From positions 1 to 64,000 of IMG/VR virus record IMGVR_UViG_3300025912_000012: a stretch of 64,000 bases of DNA, one strand, 5' to 3'. Below the pieces are notes generated by a model, which was not told the origin of the DNA, did no database searches, and saw nothing but the letters and a program-made list of their open reading frames with translations. Source of the DNA: a virus. Taxonomy: Duplodnaviria > Caudoviricetes. Below are positions 18,761 through 29,796 of this stretch, one piece after another; the stretch's first letter is position 1; the number at the start of each line of letters is the position of its first letter. Position numbers and translations under genes: made by a program.

Positions 18761-18954
18761 CCGGGAAAATCCGCATCGTAGACACGAACGAGACCGCGCT
18801 GGAGGTCACTCTCGAAGAGGGTGGCTTCCTGCGGTTCATCACGGACGCGGACAAGCTGCCCCAGGGTAAGGGCGTGTGGCTGACCACGGATGACGTAGCT
18901 GATCTTATCACGAAGCTCGCGGGACTCTGGGATCAGGTGCGGAAAGGAGGATAA

Positions 18955-19242
18955 ATGGAACCGATCCCTATCGGGACTGTCGTGGACTATCACGGGAGTC
19001 ACACACACGGACGGTACGTGGTCACCGATCACTACACGGTCACTCCCGAGCTATTCAGTCAAAGCGAGATGCGGATCATGGAAGAGAACAGCGTCAAGCT
19101 AGACGAGAGCTACCCGGATGGAGTGATGTATGTAATCTGGAGGCAGGGGGTTCTCAGGAAGTTCGGGAATCGCATGTACATGATCGCCAGGGTTCGCCGC
19201 CAGTCACTCACAGTCACGGATGAACCACCAGAAGTAGTCTAG
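18955..19242 (+). CDS. hypothetical protein
   Basis: SD AAGGAGG. Confidence 0.7.
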   Translation: MEPIPIGTVVDYHGSHTHGRYVVTDHYTVTPELFSQSEMRIMEENSVKLDESYPDGVMYVIWRQGVLRKFGNRMYMIARVRRQSLTVTDEPPEVV

Positions 19243-19250
19243 GGGAATCC

Positions 19251-19280
19251 TAGACAAAACCTGCTGCGATGGAATAAACT
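19251..19280 (+). promoter_or_regulatory. sigma70-type promoter
   Basis: TAGACA-18-TAAACT. Confidence 0.55.
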
Positions 19281-19330
19281 CAGCAGCATGCAGGTTGCAG
19301 CAGCACAAGAACACGAAGGAAGGAAAAATC

Positions 19331-20434
19331 ATGGCACTACCGAAGCTCACTGCCCCCACGAACTATGACATCGCGGAGAAGTCGCAGGAGACGATGCGCT
19401 GGCTCCGCGAGAATATCCTCGTAGGGTACACGGACCAGCGCGGACCCGCGTGGTGGGCACAGCTCGACCAGGGAAACATGCCTAAGGAAAGTCATTTCCC
19501 GGGGGCGGTCCCCATGCGGAGGGTCATCAGGCTGCTTGATGTCAAGCTGACCAAGGGTGTCGCGTACGTTGAGTACGAGGATGACGAGGGTCACAAGCAG
19601 GTCGTGAAAGACGACAGCAATTTCCCGATCGTCAATCAGCGTTCCGGGCAGATCTTCGGGTACCCGAAGTCAGGGTACACGATTCACCCGTACCTCCCCA
19701 CGCTCAAGGGATTCATCGACAAGATCCTAGACGATGACTCCGTGGGTGTCGGGAGCGCAGGTCTGCTGCGCAGCGGGGGTGTCGCGTTCCTGTCCGTGGT
19801 CATGCCCGAGACATACGAGGTGGAAGGGTTCGGATACGTCCCTTACGTGAATGCCGCCACGTCCGCTGACCGCACCAGGAAGACCACGTTCCACACCGGG
19901 ATCATCGCCCCCATCTGCGACAATACCTACAACAGCTCCGTCCTCGGGGCATACACGATTGCCGGGGTGCGGCATTCCAAGAATTCCCTCCCCACTGTCG
20001 CAACCCTGCGGGATCGCCTGGGGATTAAGCTGGCTCAGACCGCTGAGGAGGCTGCCCTCGGGATCGAGAATCTCGTCAAGGTCGATGTCACGGATCGCCA
20101 GTTCGGGCGGTGGCTGGACAAGATGGTGCCGCTCGTGAATGACGACGGGACCCCCAAGGTCAAGAACGGACTGACCATCGCGGAGAAGAAGCGCGACGAG
20201 CTGTCCACGCTGTGGAGCAGCGACGAGAAGGCGTCCAAGTGGAACGGGACGGCTTTCGGGGTGCTGCAGGTGGCGAACACCTGGGACACCTGGAACGGGC
20301 TTGTCCGTGGCGCTGACGGGGGCAGGATGGAGCGCAACTACACGCACGCCCTGCTGGGGAAGAGTGCCGAGAGCGACTCGCAGGCGCTGCTCGCGCTGAG
20401 CGAGGTGCTGCGCAAGAAGCTCGTGGCTGCATGA
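19331..20434 (+). CDS. DUF932-family (phage/plasmid-like) protein
   Basis: SAGLLRSGGVAF, ICDNT, GTAFGVLQVANTW motifs. Confidence 0.8.
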   Translation: MALPKLTAPTNYDIAEKSQETMRWLRENILVGYTDQRGPAWWAQLDQGNMPKESHFPGAVPMRRVIRLLDVKLTKGVAYVEYEDDEGHKQVVKDDSNFPIVNQRSGQIFGYPKSGYTIHPYLPTLKGFIDKILDDDSVGVGSAGLLRSGGVAFLSVVMPETYEVEGFGYVPYVNAATSADRTRKTTFHTGIIAPICDNTYNSSVLGAYTIAGVRHSKNSLPTVATLRDRLGIKLAQTAEEAALGIENLVKVDVTDRQFGRWLDKMVPLVNDDGTPKVKNGLTIAEKKRDELSTLWSSDEKASKWNGTAFGVLQVANTWDTWNGLVRGADGGRMERNYTHALLGKSAESDSQALLALSEVLRKKLVAA

Positions 20435-20820
20435 GTTGCGGTCAACCGTGCTGGTTCTGCGGGGAGCCTATCCCCGCAGAACGGCACAGTCTCACCGTTA
20501 TGCAGCGGGTCTTCTGCTCTGATGAATGTCAGGAGAATTTCCGCGATCATAAGGAGAAAAATAAATGACCCTGGTGAATATCACCCTGGATGAGGATGAG
20601 CAGATAGTCATACTCAAGATCGCGGATGAGGTTGCGGCTGATCGCGGTATCCTCACCCCGTGGGAGAGGATTGCGGATAAGATCCGCAAGGCACGCGACA
20701 GCTCCCTGTTCGAGGTGTATTTCCCTAACACCATTGACGGGGATCACCGCTACACAGCACTTGCGAAGGTCGCGGATGATCGAGAGGCTCAGTCACCTGA
20801 GCACACGGAAAGGACTGCCG

Positions 20821-21069
20821 ATGCCAGTCAGGATACCCGATGACGCCCCTATCCGGGCTAAGGTAAGCGCGGATGATTTCCCCTGGGATGACTGGCTGAT
20901 CCCGGGACAGCGTGTCGAATTCCATAAGGACACCGATTTCCCGGACAGCAGCATGAGCACATTCAGGCAGGCGCTGCGCAACGCGATGGGGCGCAGGGGA
21001 TTCAAGGGGAGATATCACACGCTCAAGATCGATGAGAACACTTTCGAGCTAGTCTGGAAAAACACATGA
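20821..21069 (+). CDS. small DNA-binding-like hypothetical protein
   Basis: FPWDDWL...DF...FRQALRN. Confidence 0.65.
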   Translation: MPVRIPDDAPIRAKVSADDFPWDDWLIPGQRVEFHKDTDFPDSSMSTFRQALRNAMGRRGFKGRYHTLKIDENTFELVWKNT

Positions 21070-21392
21070 GCACCTATCTGGTCAGGACTGAGGCTGACCC
21101 GCATTTCCCGAGCAGGCTCACGATGTTCACTGATGATGATGACGGATTCAGGAACATGACCAATGAGCAGAAGCTGGTCGCGTACCTGACGCATCTCATC
21201 CTGCTGAATCACTACTCAGGACTGGGACCGCTACTCAGGGGGATGTGGCAGTGGAACAGCAGCGATAAAGTCAGGGAACTCGATTTGGAACACCTCCGGG
21301 ATATTCCTGAGCTTGATAGCGTTGACCAGGAGTACCGCGTGGTCACGAAAGACACGGGAACAGAAATCACGAGATTCAGGGTAAGGATATGA
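21066..21392 (+). CDS. hypothetical protein
   Basis: 4-bp overlaps. Confidence 0.7.
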   Translation: MSTYLVRTEADPHFPSRLTMFTDDDDGFRNMTNEQKLVAYLTHLILLNHYSGLGPLLRGMWQWNSSDKVRELDLEHLRDIPELDSVDQEYRVVTKDTGTEITRFRVRI

Positions 21393-21766
21393 GCGAGCAG
21401 ATATACACCTATAGTGAGCTGGAAACGGCAGCCAGGAGGCTAGCGAGGAGCACCTCGTTCCGGGCGATCATGCAGGAGGTGGAAGCCCTGCGCAAAGCTG
21501 CGGATTCTGCTTCGGACAACGGGTACCTTTCCTGGGAGGAGCTGGAAAAGTACTATGCCGATACTTTCGGGTATTCCTCGAACAGGATTCCCGCAGTCAA
21601 GAAGTTCGTCCTCGAACACCGGGAGCCTGCGTATCCTGCCAACACCGTCGTGATGGACGCGGATGGTGTCTGGTATCGCAGGTTCAGTAACGGGTGGGCA
21701 GTGTTCGGGAGCAACGCGATTACGCATCTGGACTACCCGAAGCGCCCCCTGAAGGTGATGGGGTAA
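21389..21766 (+). CDS. hypothetical protein
   Basis: 4-bp overlap, SD. Confidence 0.75.
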   Translation: MSEQIYTYSELETAARRLARSTSFRAIMQEVEALRKAADSASDNGYLSWEELEKYYADTFGYSSNRIPAVKKFVLEHREPAYPANTVVMDADGVWYRRFSNGWAVFGSNAITHLDYPKRPLKVMG

Positions 21767-21767
21767 G

Positions 21768-22379
21768 TTATCCAGGGGAATCCTCCTGGGAGATAACCTC
21801 CGCCTCGTAATACCCCTCATAAGACGAGAGATCAAGGACTTCCCCGTGCTCCAGGAGCTTGTCAGCGAGCCGCTGACGATCGCTGATGAGCTTCTGGACG
21901 TACGCTATCTCCTCGTTTACCGCGTCCTCGTCAATCATGTCACGCTGCGGACGGGCATCAGCACCGCGCAGTTTGGACAGCCTGTCCAGCAGCGGGGACA
22001 TTGCCTTCGCGGCATCAAGCTTAATCGTGTCATCGTAAATGGGGTTGTCGAAATCGGATGTCCTGCCGCTGGGGTCGTCAGGGTCCGGGTAGTACATGAC
22101 TTTCCCGCCAGCGGACACTTTGATCGGGGAGTCTTTCAGGAGGATTTTCGTGATCTCCCGGAGTGCCAGCTCACCCTGAGATGCGAGAAACGCACGGTAT
22201 CCCCCGAGGGAAACTTCATCGTCCAGTTCTTCCAGGATCTGAGACACGCGGGCTTTACTCAGTCCTACAGTGTCCGCGATCACCTGCATCGTGCGTCCCT
22301 CATCCCGCATCTCGCGGATCATGCGGTTACGGTCCGCGAGGTCAAGGTCTTTGGATTTCGGCACACAACTCCTGAACAT
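21768..22379 (-). CDS. HTH DNA-binding protein (terminase small subunit-like)
   Basis: HTH TMQVIADTVGLSKARVSQIL; RLSKLRGADA motif typical of actinophage TerS-like proteins. Confidence 0.7.
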   Translation of the reverse strand: MFRSCVPKSKDLDLADRNRMIREMRDEGRTMQVIADTVGLSKARVSQILEELDDEVSLGGYRAFLASQGELALREITKILLKDSPIKVSAGGKVMYYPDPDDPSGRTSDFDNPIYDDTIKLDAAKAMSPLLDRLSKLRGADARPQRDMIDEDAVNEEIAYVQKLISDRQRLADKLLEHGEVLDLSSYEGYYEAEVISQEDSPG

Positions 22380-23256
22380 GCAATCGAATAAGTACGGGGA
22401 AAGCTATGTTCACTATACAAGCTTAGGAAAAGAAATGCCACGTAGCGGAAAAGGATTGCCACGTAGTCTTTGTTCGGGGTTGCAGCACGGATATCCCTGC
22501 GGAAACCCGGCAGTTTTCGCGGTGTATATCAAACCGGAAGATGCCGTAGGGACATGCGGAAAGCATCTCGCTAAGGTCACGTCTGCGCGGATCGCGGGCA
22601 GTGACGTGGGATTCGTGAAAGTATGTGAGATCTGATGTGCGAGAAATGCACCAGGATGGTAGAACTCCTGGAACAGACCCGCAGCGGGCATTCCTGGGTG
22701 GAAGCATCCTTCCCGTACGGGGAGGCGCGGCTGATGGTTCGCGACAATGACGGGAACGTCAGTGATCAGGCTCCCCCGCAGGACTGACTATTGGATAGCG
22801 GCGAACGCCCCTAACCTGTACACGCTATTGTGGTTCTGGGGGATGGTACGAAACAAACCGCCAGAGGAGAATGATGAAAATCCTGCTGATCCGCTATGAC
22901 GCGGACGGGAGTACGTTCTACGCAACGTACAACGATGATGTCGCCTCGCAACAGCTGATGACGGGAGCTGTCCTGGCGCATCTCAACACCCTCGGGGTGA
23001 CGAAACTGGAGCTGATACCCGTGCAGAGGATGGGGCAGTGAACATCGAGCTGATTGAGGCCCTTCGGGACTGGATTCCCCGGAGGGATCACCAGTACGAC
23101 AATTACTACTGGAGAGGGGAGCAGCGTAAGAAAACCGTTTACCAGTCCCCGAACTGGAAAGTGTGGGTTTCCTTCGGGGGGGATATCTACGCGTTCCATC
23201 TCAATATCGGGAAGCTGAGCATCGCATACGAGAGTGATGAGCTGGGGAGGTAGGAA

Positions 23257-23499
23257 ATGAGCTGGAAAGACGGGCTCAACGCAGCCTTGCTGAAGTTCCT
23301 GAAAGAAGAGATGGGCAAGACTGACGCGACAGAAATAGTGGACTTCCGGCCTGACAGGCAGGAGCGCGGTTACTGCGATACGTGCGCATACTCGGTCACG
23401 GTAGTCGAGATAAGCTACCGCACTGGGGGTAACCAGCGGACGAAGACAGTCGAATGGGAAGGCGAATTCTCCGACCTGATCAGCAGGCTAGGGGAATGA
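23257..23499 (+). CDS. hypothetical protein (CxxC)
   Basis: SD; GYCDTC. Confidence 0.7.
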   Translation: MSWKDGLNAALLKFLKEEMGKTDATEIVDFRPDRQERGYCDTCAYSVTVVEISYRTGGNQRTKTVEWEGEFSDLISRLGE

Positions 23500-24619
23500 C
23501 GATGACCGATCACACGGAAGAGACAGCAGGCAAGCACCGGGAGCACAGGATCCAGGTAGAGCAGCTCCCCGAGGGAACGCACATTCTCTGTACATGCGGA
23601 GCTTTGTTCGAAAAGCCAGGTCTGCCTGCGCTCCTGATTTTCCTGGAAGAACATTCACGGTAACCGTTGACAAGCCTCTCCCTGGCTGGTACCGTTGCCC
23701 AGGATCAGCCTCCAGGGAGGGAAACTTGCAGCTCATCCGCAAGATCAGGTCACGGAATCGTAAAACCCCTGACACCACGATCGAACCAGTCTACACTACC
23801 CAGTCACCAGGTATCACAGACATCACGTACATCCTAGACGAGATCGATGAGTGTCTCGAAACGAACGAGGTTACCGATGAGTAAGTGCCCGCGCTGCGGA
23901 GCAAGGCTGATGCGGATGCGCCGCATGGCGCGCAAGCTAGGGCTCTGGAGAGCATGGGTGTGCTCCAGTCTTAAATGTAACTATACGGCATCGAAAAAGT
24001 ACATCTTCTCACGGAGGAACGAACTGTGAAAGTACACGAAGCGGTAGCAGAATTGCTCAGGATGCCCCAGGATCACGAACTCCTGGACGAGTACGCGGAA
24101 AACGAGGTCTCAGGGTTCGAGGTGTCCACGTACGAGGATGACAGCGGGGACGTGGAATACGTCAAAGTGGAATTCTCCGAGGTTATCGGGTAGATGTCCG
24201 AGCCGCGAAGGAAGCCCAAGCCAGAACCCAAGTCACTATGGAGCGGACCATGGGTGAAAACCTTGTGCGTGCTGATCGTGCTCACGGCAGCAGCACTAGT
24301 GATCGTACTCTACGCGAGGCACTGATCCTTGCGGTAACCACGGAGACTCTTGACTCTAAGTGCGTCTGCAAGTGGAGTCATCGCCTCGGGAGCGCAGGAT
24401 GGACGCGGAGCCACCCGCACCCAGGGTGCTCAGTTCACCCCGCGCTAGCGCTCACGATGGCTCCAGCAGCCTCTCAGGAGGCTGCGCGATGAAAGAATGC
24501 CCGTCCTGCGGGGACCCGTGTCCCGCTCGCCTGCTTGCCTGCTCAGCTGCATGCATGAGGATCGAGCGGTTCCGGATGATTCTCGCAGGAGAAGGTGACC
24601 CGTTCAAGGAAGGAAAAGA

Positions 24620-24889
24620 ATGACACTCCCCAACCCGGAGGATGTTACCAGCGCGACCCTGGTAAGCACCATCTCGAAAAACTCGTGGGTGAAAGCCCGC
24701 GCCAACCTCATCCGCGACTATGCTATCACCGAAACCGCGCTGAAAGCCGCTGACGAGGTTGAGGCGCTCATCGAGACGGAAACCGAGCGCATCATGATGG
24801 AAGGGGACCCGCTCCCGAAGCTTTTCACCCTCCTCGAAACCTGGATCAAGGTAACCAGGGAAACCGCAAAGCCAGAGGAAACCCCGTGA
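24620..24889 (+). CDS. hypothetical protein
   Basis: SD AAGGA. Confidence 0.7.
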   Translation: MTLPNPEDVTSATLVSTISKNSWVKARANLIRDYAITETALKAADEVEALIETETERIMMEGDPLPKLFTLLETWIKVTRETAKPEETP

Positions 24890-25751
24890 TCCAGCCTGGC
24901 GATTTCACACCCCCGTGCGTCAAGTGCACGGGGGTGAACGGAATACACTACCTGACCTGCCCCGTGGTCAACCTCCCCCCGGGATACAGTCACGAGGAGG
25001 ACCGGCATGAGTGATACGCTGCTCACGTCCCTGATCCTGCTTACCGCAGGCTGCCTTCTGATCCTGTTCGCGGCTATCGTGCGTGTCAAGACCCCCGGGC
25101 TCAGGATATTCCTCTTCGGGGCAGGGTCGATCGTATGCTTCCTGTCCTTTTTTGTCATGATCACGGGAGGCAAGTAATGGGGGTCGCGGCACTGATCCTC
25201 ATCATAACGGGATTCCTGTGCATTTTCTGGGCGATCGTTTTCGCAGGACAGGTACAGACACGCATCATAGTAAACGGGATAGGGACTGTCCTGTGTGCTA
25301 TCGGGACGATCCTCGCTTTCATAGATTGAGTGCAACATGACCGCAAATGACATTATCGCAGGTATCCCGCTGGTCGCGGGGACTCTGCTTATCGTCCTCT
25401 CAATTCTCCTCCCGGTTCCTTACAGCAAGAAATGGAAGATCAGCGCTATCGGGGTTGCGCTATGCCTGGCGACATTCCTGCTGGCTGTCTCCCTCCCGAG
25501 ATAACAAAGAGAAAAGAAAGAGAAAACAATGCATCTCGTTCATCACCTCATCCACATCATCCTGGGAATCCTCGGGGCAGGCATCGTCATCGGGGTCATC
25601 GGGGATGAGATCGTCTCCACGATCGTCCGCAGGATCCGCAGGCGCAAGGCTCGCAGGCTCACACAGTGACGTTCTACTGGATTGCCGCAGCCCTCGGGCT
25701 GGCAATCCTCATCGCAGCCATAAAACTGATAAACCGGCAAGGTAAAGGAAA

Positions 25752-26210
25752 ATGAACAAGACAGTAATCGCGGCATCTGCCGCTGTCATCGCGACAGTTC
25801 TCGGGGCTTCCGGGTGCGGTCACATCAAGGCTGGCGACTCAGCTGCTGCCCAGGCGTCCGCTAAGGCGCTCGCCACTGATCCGGCTGTCATTCATGACAA
25901 GGCAGTCGCGGCGGCTCTCGCCAAGAAGTGCCTGCCCGTGAAGGCGAACATCGTCAAGCAAGTCAAGTACGCGAGAATTTTCGTCGCGGGCAAGAACTCC
26001 AAGTACGCGGACCAGGGCAAGGCTGAGCGGAATGCTCTCGCGGACTGCGCAGGCATCCCTGAGAGCCAGCGTCCCGCGTTCTACGACGCTCTCAAGACAT
26101 CCGGGGTGAATGCTCTCGGGGAGTACGTCAAGGGCGACCACAAGGCCATCAAGACGTGGTTCCTGACGACAGCTCCCGCGACGATGGTCAAGTATCAGAA
26201 GAAGTCATGA
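25752..26210 (+). CDS. lipoprotein
   Basis: Signal peptide and lipobox ASGC. Confidence 0.8.
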   Translation: MNKTVIAASAAVIATVLGASGCGHIKAGDSAAAQASAKALATDPAVIHDKAVAAALAKKCLPVKANIVKQVKYARIFVAGKNSKYADQGKAERNALADCAGIPESQRPAFYDALKTSGVNALGEYVKGDHKAIKTWFLTTAPATMVKYQKKS

Positions 26211-26851
26211 CCCCCGAGGAACTTGCCGCGCAGATAGCGTACGTGCTTAGCAGTGAGTTCGCTAACTCGTCATGCCTGGTCAGTGACGCCTACGGTAACG
26301 AATTCTACGTGGATGTGCATCAGCCAGGGGAAGGTAATCAGCGGTTCTCCGTGACCGTCGCTGATTGCACCGACATCCGAACCTAGGAGAAACCCCGTGA
26401 TCTGGATAGCCCGTGCTCTCGTCGTGGCAGCGTGGATCATCCGCAGGAAGCGCAAGAAAGGCAAGCGCAAGTGAGGAAAAGCAGGATAATCGCCGCATTG
26501 TTCTTTTTCGCGGTGTATTTCGCGCTGGTTTTCCGCGCCACCATCACCTACGAGAGCACGGGTCACGCTCCCGAGGTTTATCTCGCGGGTGCGCTGGCTG
26601 CGTTCATCCCGTTCACGATGATCTTCCTCATCGGACTTACCCGGTGGTCGCGGAAAAGATTCCCCCGGAAGGTCTCACGGAAATGAAAACCTGGGTTTTC
26701 CTGACAGGAGTGTCCGTCCTGTCGATGTATATCGTCCTTACCCACTACAGCAATAGCGGGGAATGGCTTGCCGTTCTCGGTATCGACACTCTCATTCTCG
26801 CGTACATGATCATGATGCTCATTCTCTCAATACGGAACAGAAAGAGAAGAA

Positions 26852-27712
26852 ATGGCTAGACCCGTCCCTCTCTCCGAGGGGGAGAATGTCGCTCCCGCAA
26901 AGGGAAAGCGCAAGAAGCAATATCCCCCGCTTATCAGCGGGCATCCGGTCAGGTTCCGGAGATCCCAGAAACTCCTGTGGGTCGGGATCGCTGCCGCCCT
27001 CGGGGTGGGGTTCATTGCCGGGCTGTACTGGTACGGATTCCAGCAGGATTACCATAACATCTTCCCGTTCCTTCCTAAGGGAACCTCCCTGAAAGCATGG
27101 TGGGACAACGGGATGGGGTTCATCCACTCGGAAAACTGGAAGAACGGGATCTGGCGGCACGGGGTCCGCGATAAGGCGCAGCCTGAGACGTGGGCAATTT
27201 TCGGGGGTGTCCTGCTGGGGGCTGCCCTCCCTCGCCGTCCTGTCGGGATGGTATGGCTGATCCTGGGTGCACTGGTAATGTTCGCCCTGGTTATCGCAGG
27301 TGCCCTGGCGATCACCTGGTTCACCGTGTTCGGTCCGGGCAAGCATCTCCCTGACCCGTTCAACGCGCAAGACTTCGTCCTGGGGCTGCTCGTGGGGCGG
27401 ATACTGCACTACCTGTGGCTGCCTCTCGCGTCCAGCGTCCGGTATCATCTCACCCGCAACGCCGGGAAAGGGGGAGGCGTCCCGCTCTGGGTGACTCTCC
27501 CGCTCGCGCCGCCTGCATGGCGGGAATCATGGTCTGTCTTGAAGAGGGACGGGAAGATCAAGCTCCGCTCGTCCGAGAAGACAGACAAGTTCAAGCAGTC
27601 CCGGATTTTCGTCCCGCTGGGAGTGCTTGTATTCCTGGTCATCGCGTCCACCGGACTGCTTGCGAAGTACGGGTTCGCGCACGGTCTGCACGTGGCGCTG
27701 CTCAACCCGTAA
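26852..27712 (+). CDS. multi-pass membrane protein
   Basis: About five hydrophobic segments. Confidence 0.85.
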   Translation: MARPVPLSEGENVAPAKGKRKKQYPPLISGHPVRFRRSQKLLWVGIAAALGVGFIAGLYWYGFQQDYHNIFPFLPKGTSLKAWWDNGMGFIHSENWKNGIWRHGVRDKAQPETWAIFGGVLLGAALPRRPVGMVWLILGALVMFALVIAGALAITWFTVFGPGKHLPDPFNAQDFVLGLLVGRILHYLWLPLASSVRYHLTRNAGKGGGVPLWVTLPLAPPAWRESWSVLKRDGKIKLRSSEKTDKFKQSRIFVPLGVLVFLVIASTGLLAKYGFAHGLHVALLNP

Positions 27713-27716
27713 GCGA

Positions 27717-27750
27717 CTGGAGGGGAGGCTCTCACGGGTCTCCCCTCCAG
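27717..27750 (+). terminator. terminator-like hairpin
   Basis: CTGGAGGGGAG/CTCCCCTCCAG just after the stop. Confidence 0.6.
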
Positions 27751-27962
27751 GGAGGAAAAGAAATCATGCTGAGCAGGAAAGGGTGGGGCTCGTGGCTGAG
27801 CGTACTGGTCATAGTATGCCTCTACGGGCTGATCGTCAGGGCGGATGCCACTTACTGGACAACTCTCGCCATCGGGATGACCGTGGGGCTGATCCCCCTC
27901 TGGGTTACTGACAGGATCGCGCTCCGGATGGAGAAGCGGAAGGAAATCGAGAGGAAAGGGAA

Positions 27963-28277
27963 ATGAGAAAGGTCATTCTCACGGGAATCCTCGTGGGGTT
28001 TTCCCTCGCAGGATGCAGTACCGCCAGCTCTGTCCCCTCCCCTGATGTCACCGGGTCGTATTCAACAGCGAATCTCCTCCCGGAGAAATGCCATCACACA
28101 GGTCCCGGATGGGTGACCGAACCGTCAGAGCTGACTGACGGGGTATCATTCCGCGTGAGAGACCTGTACTACTGTGACAATCTCACCGGGGGAGTGATCA
28201 CCCCGGGCACGGGAGACAAGTTCAATATCTACGTCCCGGTTACGTTCAGCAAGACGAAACCGAAGGAAGGTTCATGA
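27963..28277 (+). CDS. lipoprotein
   Basis: Lipobox LAGC. Confidence 0.75.
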   Translation: MRKVILTGILVGFSLAGCSTASSVPSPDVTGSYSTANLLPEKCHHTGPGWVTEPSELTDGVSFRVRDLYYCDNLTGGVITPGTGDKFNIYVPVTFSKTKPKEGS

Positions 28278-28606
28278 ACAAGAGACTACTGCTGCTCGCG
28301 CCTGTAATGGCGCTGGCAGCGGGGTGCGCGAACGGTCCCGATATCGTCACCATGACCGCATCCCCGAGCTGCTCAGCTCCCCAGACCGGATGGGTGACAG
28401 TGGAAAGCGCGGGCAATCATTTCCAGCCCCCGGTACACGGGTCTGCGCAAGTATGCAAATCCGGGATGACCATCACCCGCCCGGGTACGGGGGTGAGCAG
28501 GTACCCGGGACCTGTGCTGATAATCACCTCCTCAGGCAAGCAGGAGATCATCCCCCTGACCGGGTTCGTCAAGTACGCGGTGACTGACAACAAGCCGCTT
28601 TCCTGA
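28274..28606 (+). CDS. lipoprotein, paralogue-like to the upstream gene
   Basis: Lipobox AAGC; shares C...GWVT...C...IT.PGTG pattern. Confidence 0.75.
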   Translation: MNKRLLLLAPVMALAAGCANGPDIVTMTASPSCSAPQTGWVTVESAGNHFQPPVHGSAQVCKSGMTITRPGTGVSRYPGPVLIITSSGKQEIIPLTGFVKYAVTDNKPLS

Positions 28607-28618
28607 AAAGAGGAACAT

Positions 28619-29017
28619 ATGAGTGATCCTGTCCAGCCACACCAGGTGATGGCTAAAGGATTCCCCTGGATTCCCGTGATCGCAGCTTTTGCAGTCCTGC
28701 TGGGATTCGGGATCTGGGCTATCGTGCAGTTCGGGTTTTTCGTGGACACCGCGAATCAGCATCACCAGGTCAAGGTCAAGCAGATCCAGGCATCCGCGTA
28801 CAACAACAACATAGGTGTCCAGCAGTCCGATATCCAGGCGATGGAAACCGCGATCGGGGATATTGACGAGTCTGACCCTGCGCATGCGGCAGCTGACGCG
28901 AGGACCGCATGCAGCTGGGCATCGAAGATCATCTCCATCCCCCCGGGGGATAAAAGCTGGGTGACAGCTAACTGCCTTGTCGGGAACCTATCCCCGAGTA
29001 GCAAGTACGGGAAGTGA
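28619..29017 (+). CDS. membrane-anchored protein
   Basis: N-terminal TM helix. Confidence 0.8.
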   Translation: MSDPVQPHQVMAKGFPWIPVIAAFAVLLGFGIWAIVQFGFFVDTANQHHQVKVKQIQASAYNNNIGVQQSDIQAMETAIGDIDESDPAHAAADARTACSWASKIISIPPGDKSWVTANCLVGNLSPSSKYGK

Positions 29018-29018
29018 C

Positions 29019-29741
29019 ATGATAACCATAAACTACAGGAAATGGCTGGGAAGCTGGAAAGCCCGGGGAATCGCGGGGTTCCTGCTCGCGATCCTCGGGT
29101 TGATCGTGGTTGCCGCATGCACGAGCAGCTCGCAGGGTGCCGGGGTGCGTGCGGAGAATAACGTCTCCAACACTATCCAGGATCACTACAACGAGGTACA
29201 GCCACTCCTTCAGCCAACCGGGAAAAGCGAGTACCGCCAGGTTCTCACCTTCGTTGAGGCATCACGTATCCTCGGGCTGAACACGTACACGTTTTTCCTG
29301 CGCAAAGGCGGGCAAGGGGGTCCCATGTTCGAATGCCCGTCCCTGGGCACGGCGGTCCCCAACACCGCTGAGCTGTCCAACCCGGAGCAGATCGTGCGCA
29401 CGCCCAACTCGGGGAACGATCCCGCGTGGCTCACCCTCCCGAACATGGACCCGGACGGGGTGCACCCGCCCCCGGACAGTGCCGGGACCAATGTGGAATG
29501 CGTGTTCCGTAACGGGAAGCCCTATATGGTGATGTCCGAGCCTGATGTCCTGCAGATCAACGTGTCCTCCGCTCACTGGGACGCTAGCGCTTACGGGGGT
29601 CAGGGTGGTATCGTGATCACCGGGGCACCTCAGATGCCCGTGTGCCAGGTACGCACGACGCAGGTTTCGGTCACGGACAGCAACGGGAACACCTCCAATC
29701 AGCCTCAGCAGGTCACCAACTGCAAGAAGCCCAAGAAGTGA
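29019..29741 (+). CDS. lipoprotein / secreted protein
   Basis: Hydrophobic leader ending VAAC. Confidence 0.8.
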   Translation: MITINYRKWLGSWKARGIAGFLLAILGLIVVAACTSSSQGAGVRAENNVSNTIQDHYNEVQPLLQPTGKSEYRQVLTFVEASRILGLNTYTFFLRKGGQGGPMFECPSLGTAVPNTAELSNPEQIVRTPNSGNDPAWLTLPNMDPDGVHPPPDSAGTNVECVFRNGKPYMVMSEPDVLQINVSSAHWDASAYGGQGGIVITGAPQMPVCQVRTTQVSVTDSNGNTSNQPQQVTNCKKPKK

Positions 29742-29796
29742 TCGTGACCCTGGTGTCCTCTCGTGCAGGGGACACCAGGGTACAGGAAAGGACCAG

